DNA from: an uncultured Acidobacteriaceae bacterium
Lineage (GTDB): Bacteria > Acidobacteriota > Terriglobia > Terriglobales > Acidobacteriaceae
Direction of reading: 5' to 3'
NCBI GenBank assembly: GCA_963715875.1
Contig: OY970281.1
Coordinates: 1,135,946-1,199,945 of the forward strand
Length of the DNA: 64,000 nucleotides
Of the stretch, positions 63,351-64,000 are shown in pieces. Below the pieces are notes generated by a model, which did not search any database, was not told where the DNA came from, and saw nothing but the letters and a program-made list of their open reading frames with translations. The first letter of the stretch is position 1. Each line of letters begins with the position of its first letter. The position numbers and the translations under genes are program-made.

Positions 63351-63440
63351 CTGTGTCTTCCTGAGCGCAGCCGGAACGACCGGAGGGAGTCCGGCGCAGT
63401 CGAAGAGCCTGCCCCGAGCCTGTCGAGGGGATCCCTACCC
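63351..63440 (+). repeat. Family A repeat, copy 12 (long form with nested module)
   Basis: CTGTGTCTTCCTGAGCGCAGCCGGAACGACCGGAGGGAGTCCGGCGCAGTCGAAG[AGCCTGCCCCGAGCCTGTCGAGG]GGATCCCTACCC. Confidence 0.8.
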
Positions 63441-63457
63441 GCGCCATTGCTCCTGCT

Positions 63458-63781
63458 TCACTTCCTATTCAGATATGACTCCAGGCACACGACGCTGTGC
63501 CCGTCATGCCCCTGGACGACGTGCCATCCGCGACCCTTGGCATAATCGTGCAGAACCGCTCCACTCATCCCCGTGAGCGTCTCGGCCTCCGCCAGGCCAA
63601 CCATGTCCACATCGCAACCACACTGCGGGCACCAGGCGCGCATCGACCGTCGCCGCCGGATCGTCACGGTTCGCTGCGTTTCGATGGTGATCTCGGTCCT
63701 TTTATAAGGAGTCATTCCACCTCCCGCGTGCGTAATGCGTAGCGTTTGCGCCCCTTCGGGCTTCAGGATGACGGGCATCAT
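63458..63781 (-). CDS. Hypothetical protein with a CPQCG zinc-ribbon-like knuckle
   Basis: Track ORF. The start ATG 63781 overlaps the stop of the upstream gene (ATGA). No family recognised. Confidence 0.45.
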   Translation of the reverse strand: MMPVILKPEGAQTLRITHAGGGMTPYKRTEITIETQRTVTIRRRRSMRAWCPQCGCDVDMVGLAEAETLTGMSGAVLHDYAKGRGWHVVQGHDGHSVVCLESYLNRK

Positions 63782-64000
63782 TCGTGCTTCCAATTCACCG
63801 AGAAGCTCGTCCCGTCCGTCGTGAGAGCGGTCGTGCTCGCCGCCGTTTCGCCCCCATCGACCATATTGATCTTCGTTCGGTTGCTGAACAGACCGATCCC
63901 TCCCGTGACCGCGCTATCGATCGCCCAATCGGTGCCGAGGATCAGCGTGTTGTCCCCGCCGGAATTGACGGTGCCAAAATCCATGAGGGGCGGCAGGGTT
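63778..64000 (-). CDS. Hypothetical protein, C-terminal part (the frame stays open to the window end)
   Basis: The track ORF starts at 63984, but the codons upstream of it (T L P P L) are open to position 64000, so the real start probably lies outside the window. Confidence 0.4.
   Translation of the reverse strand, partial: TLPPLMDFGTVNSGGDNTLILGTDWAIDSAVTGGIGLFSNRTKINMVDGGETAASTTALTTDGTSFSVNWKHE

Noticed and set aside
1-64000. tRNA, rRNA, tmRNA, RNase P, CRISPR, IS transposase
   Set aside because: I read through all intergenic regions on both strands and recognised no cloverleaf-compatible sequence, rRNA-like stretch, direct-repeat/spacer array or transposase/integrase ORF. A covariance-model scan would still be needed to exclude small RNAs.

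Overview
GC-rich (about 60 percent by eye) bacterial chromosomal segment. The repeat content and the expanded secreted repeat-protein families suggest Acidobacteriota (Terriglobia-like); this is inference, with no marker gene to prove it. Housekeeping genes (bcp, mpg, panB/panC, a deoxynucleoside kinase, hemL, mfd, galU, purE/purD, mntR-mntH, a Cys/Met PLP enzyme) alternate with three accessory blocks. (1) Positions 1-12.6 kb hold two very large secreted tail-fibre/tailspike-like beta-helix proteins. One of them runs off the left edge and is missing from the ORF track. Next to them lie a dual-specificity phosphatase, a Zn-ribbon plus sigma-region-4-like gene pair, a YezD-like small gene and a divergent CI/LexA-like (XRE-HTH + S24 peptidase) repressor. 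(2) Positions 37.0-49.2 kb hold a head-to-tail array of seven GloVer-repeat beta-propeller paralogues (the seventh frameshifted) plus an FG-GAP propeller. These share a near-identical signal peptide, and six of them share a near-identical C-terminal IPT/TIG domain. A STAS-like gene and an HTH-TPR regulator follow. (3) Positions 55.9-62.6 kb hold two large YVTN-repeat beta-propeller proteins. Intergenic DNA is saturated with at least eight families of short hairpin-forming repeats that combine into mosaics. Every polar copy I located is in the same orientation, regardless of the direction of neighbouring genes. An 18-bp perfect palindrome upstream of an OprB-type porin matches boxes upstream of mntH and mntR, which predicts a Mn regulon that includes an outer-membrane channel. 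I saw no rRNA, tRNA, CRISPR array, transposase or integrase. Functional calls come from motif recognition by eye, and repeat boundaries are approximate (plus or minus a few nt).
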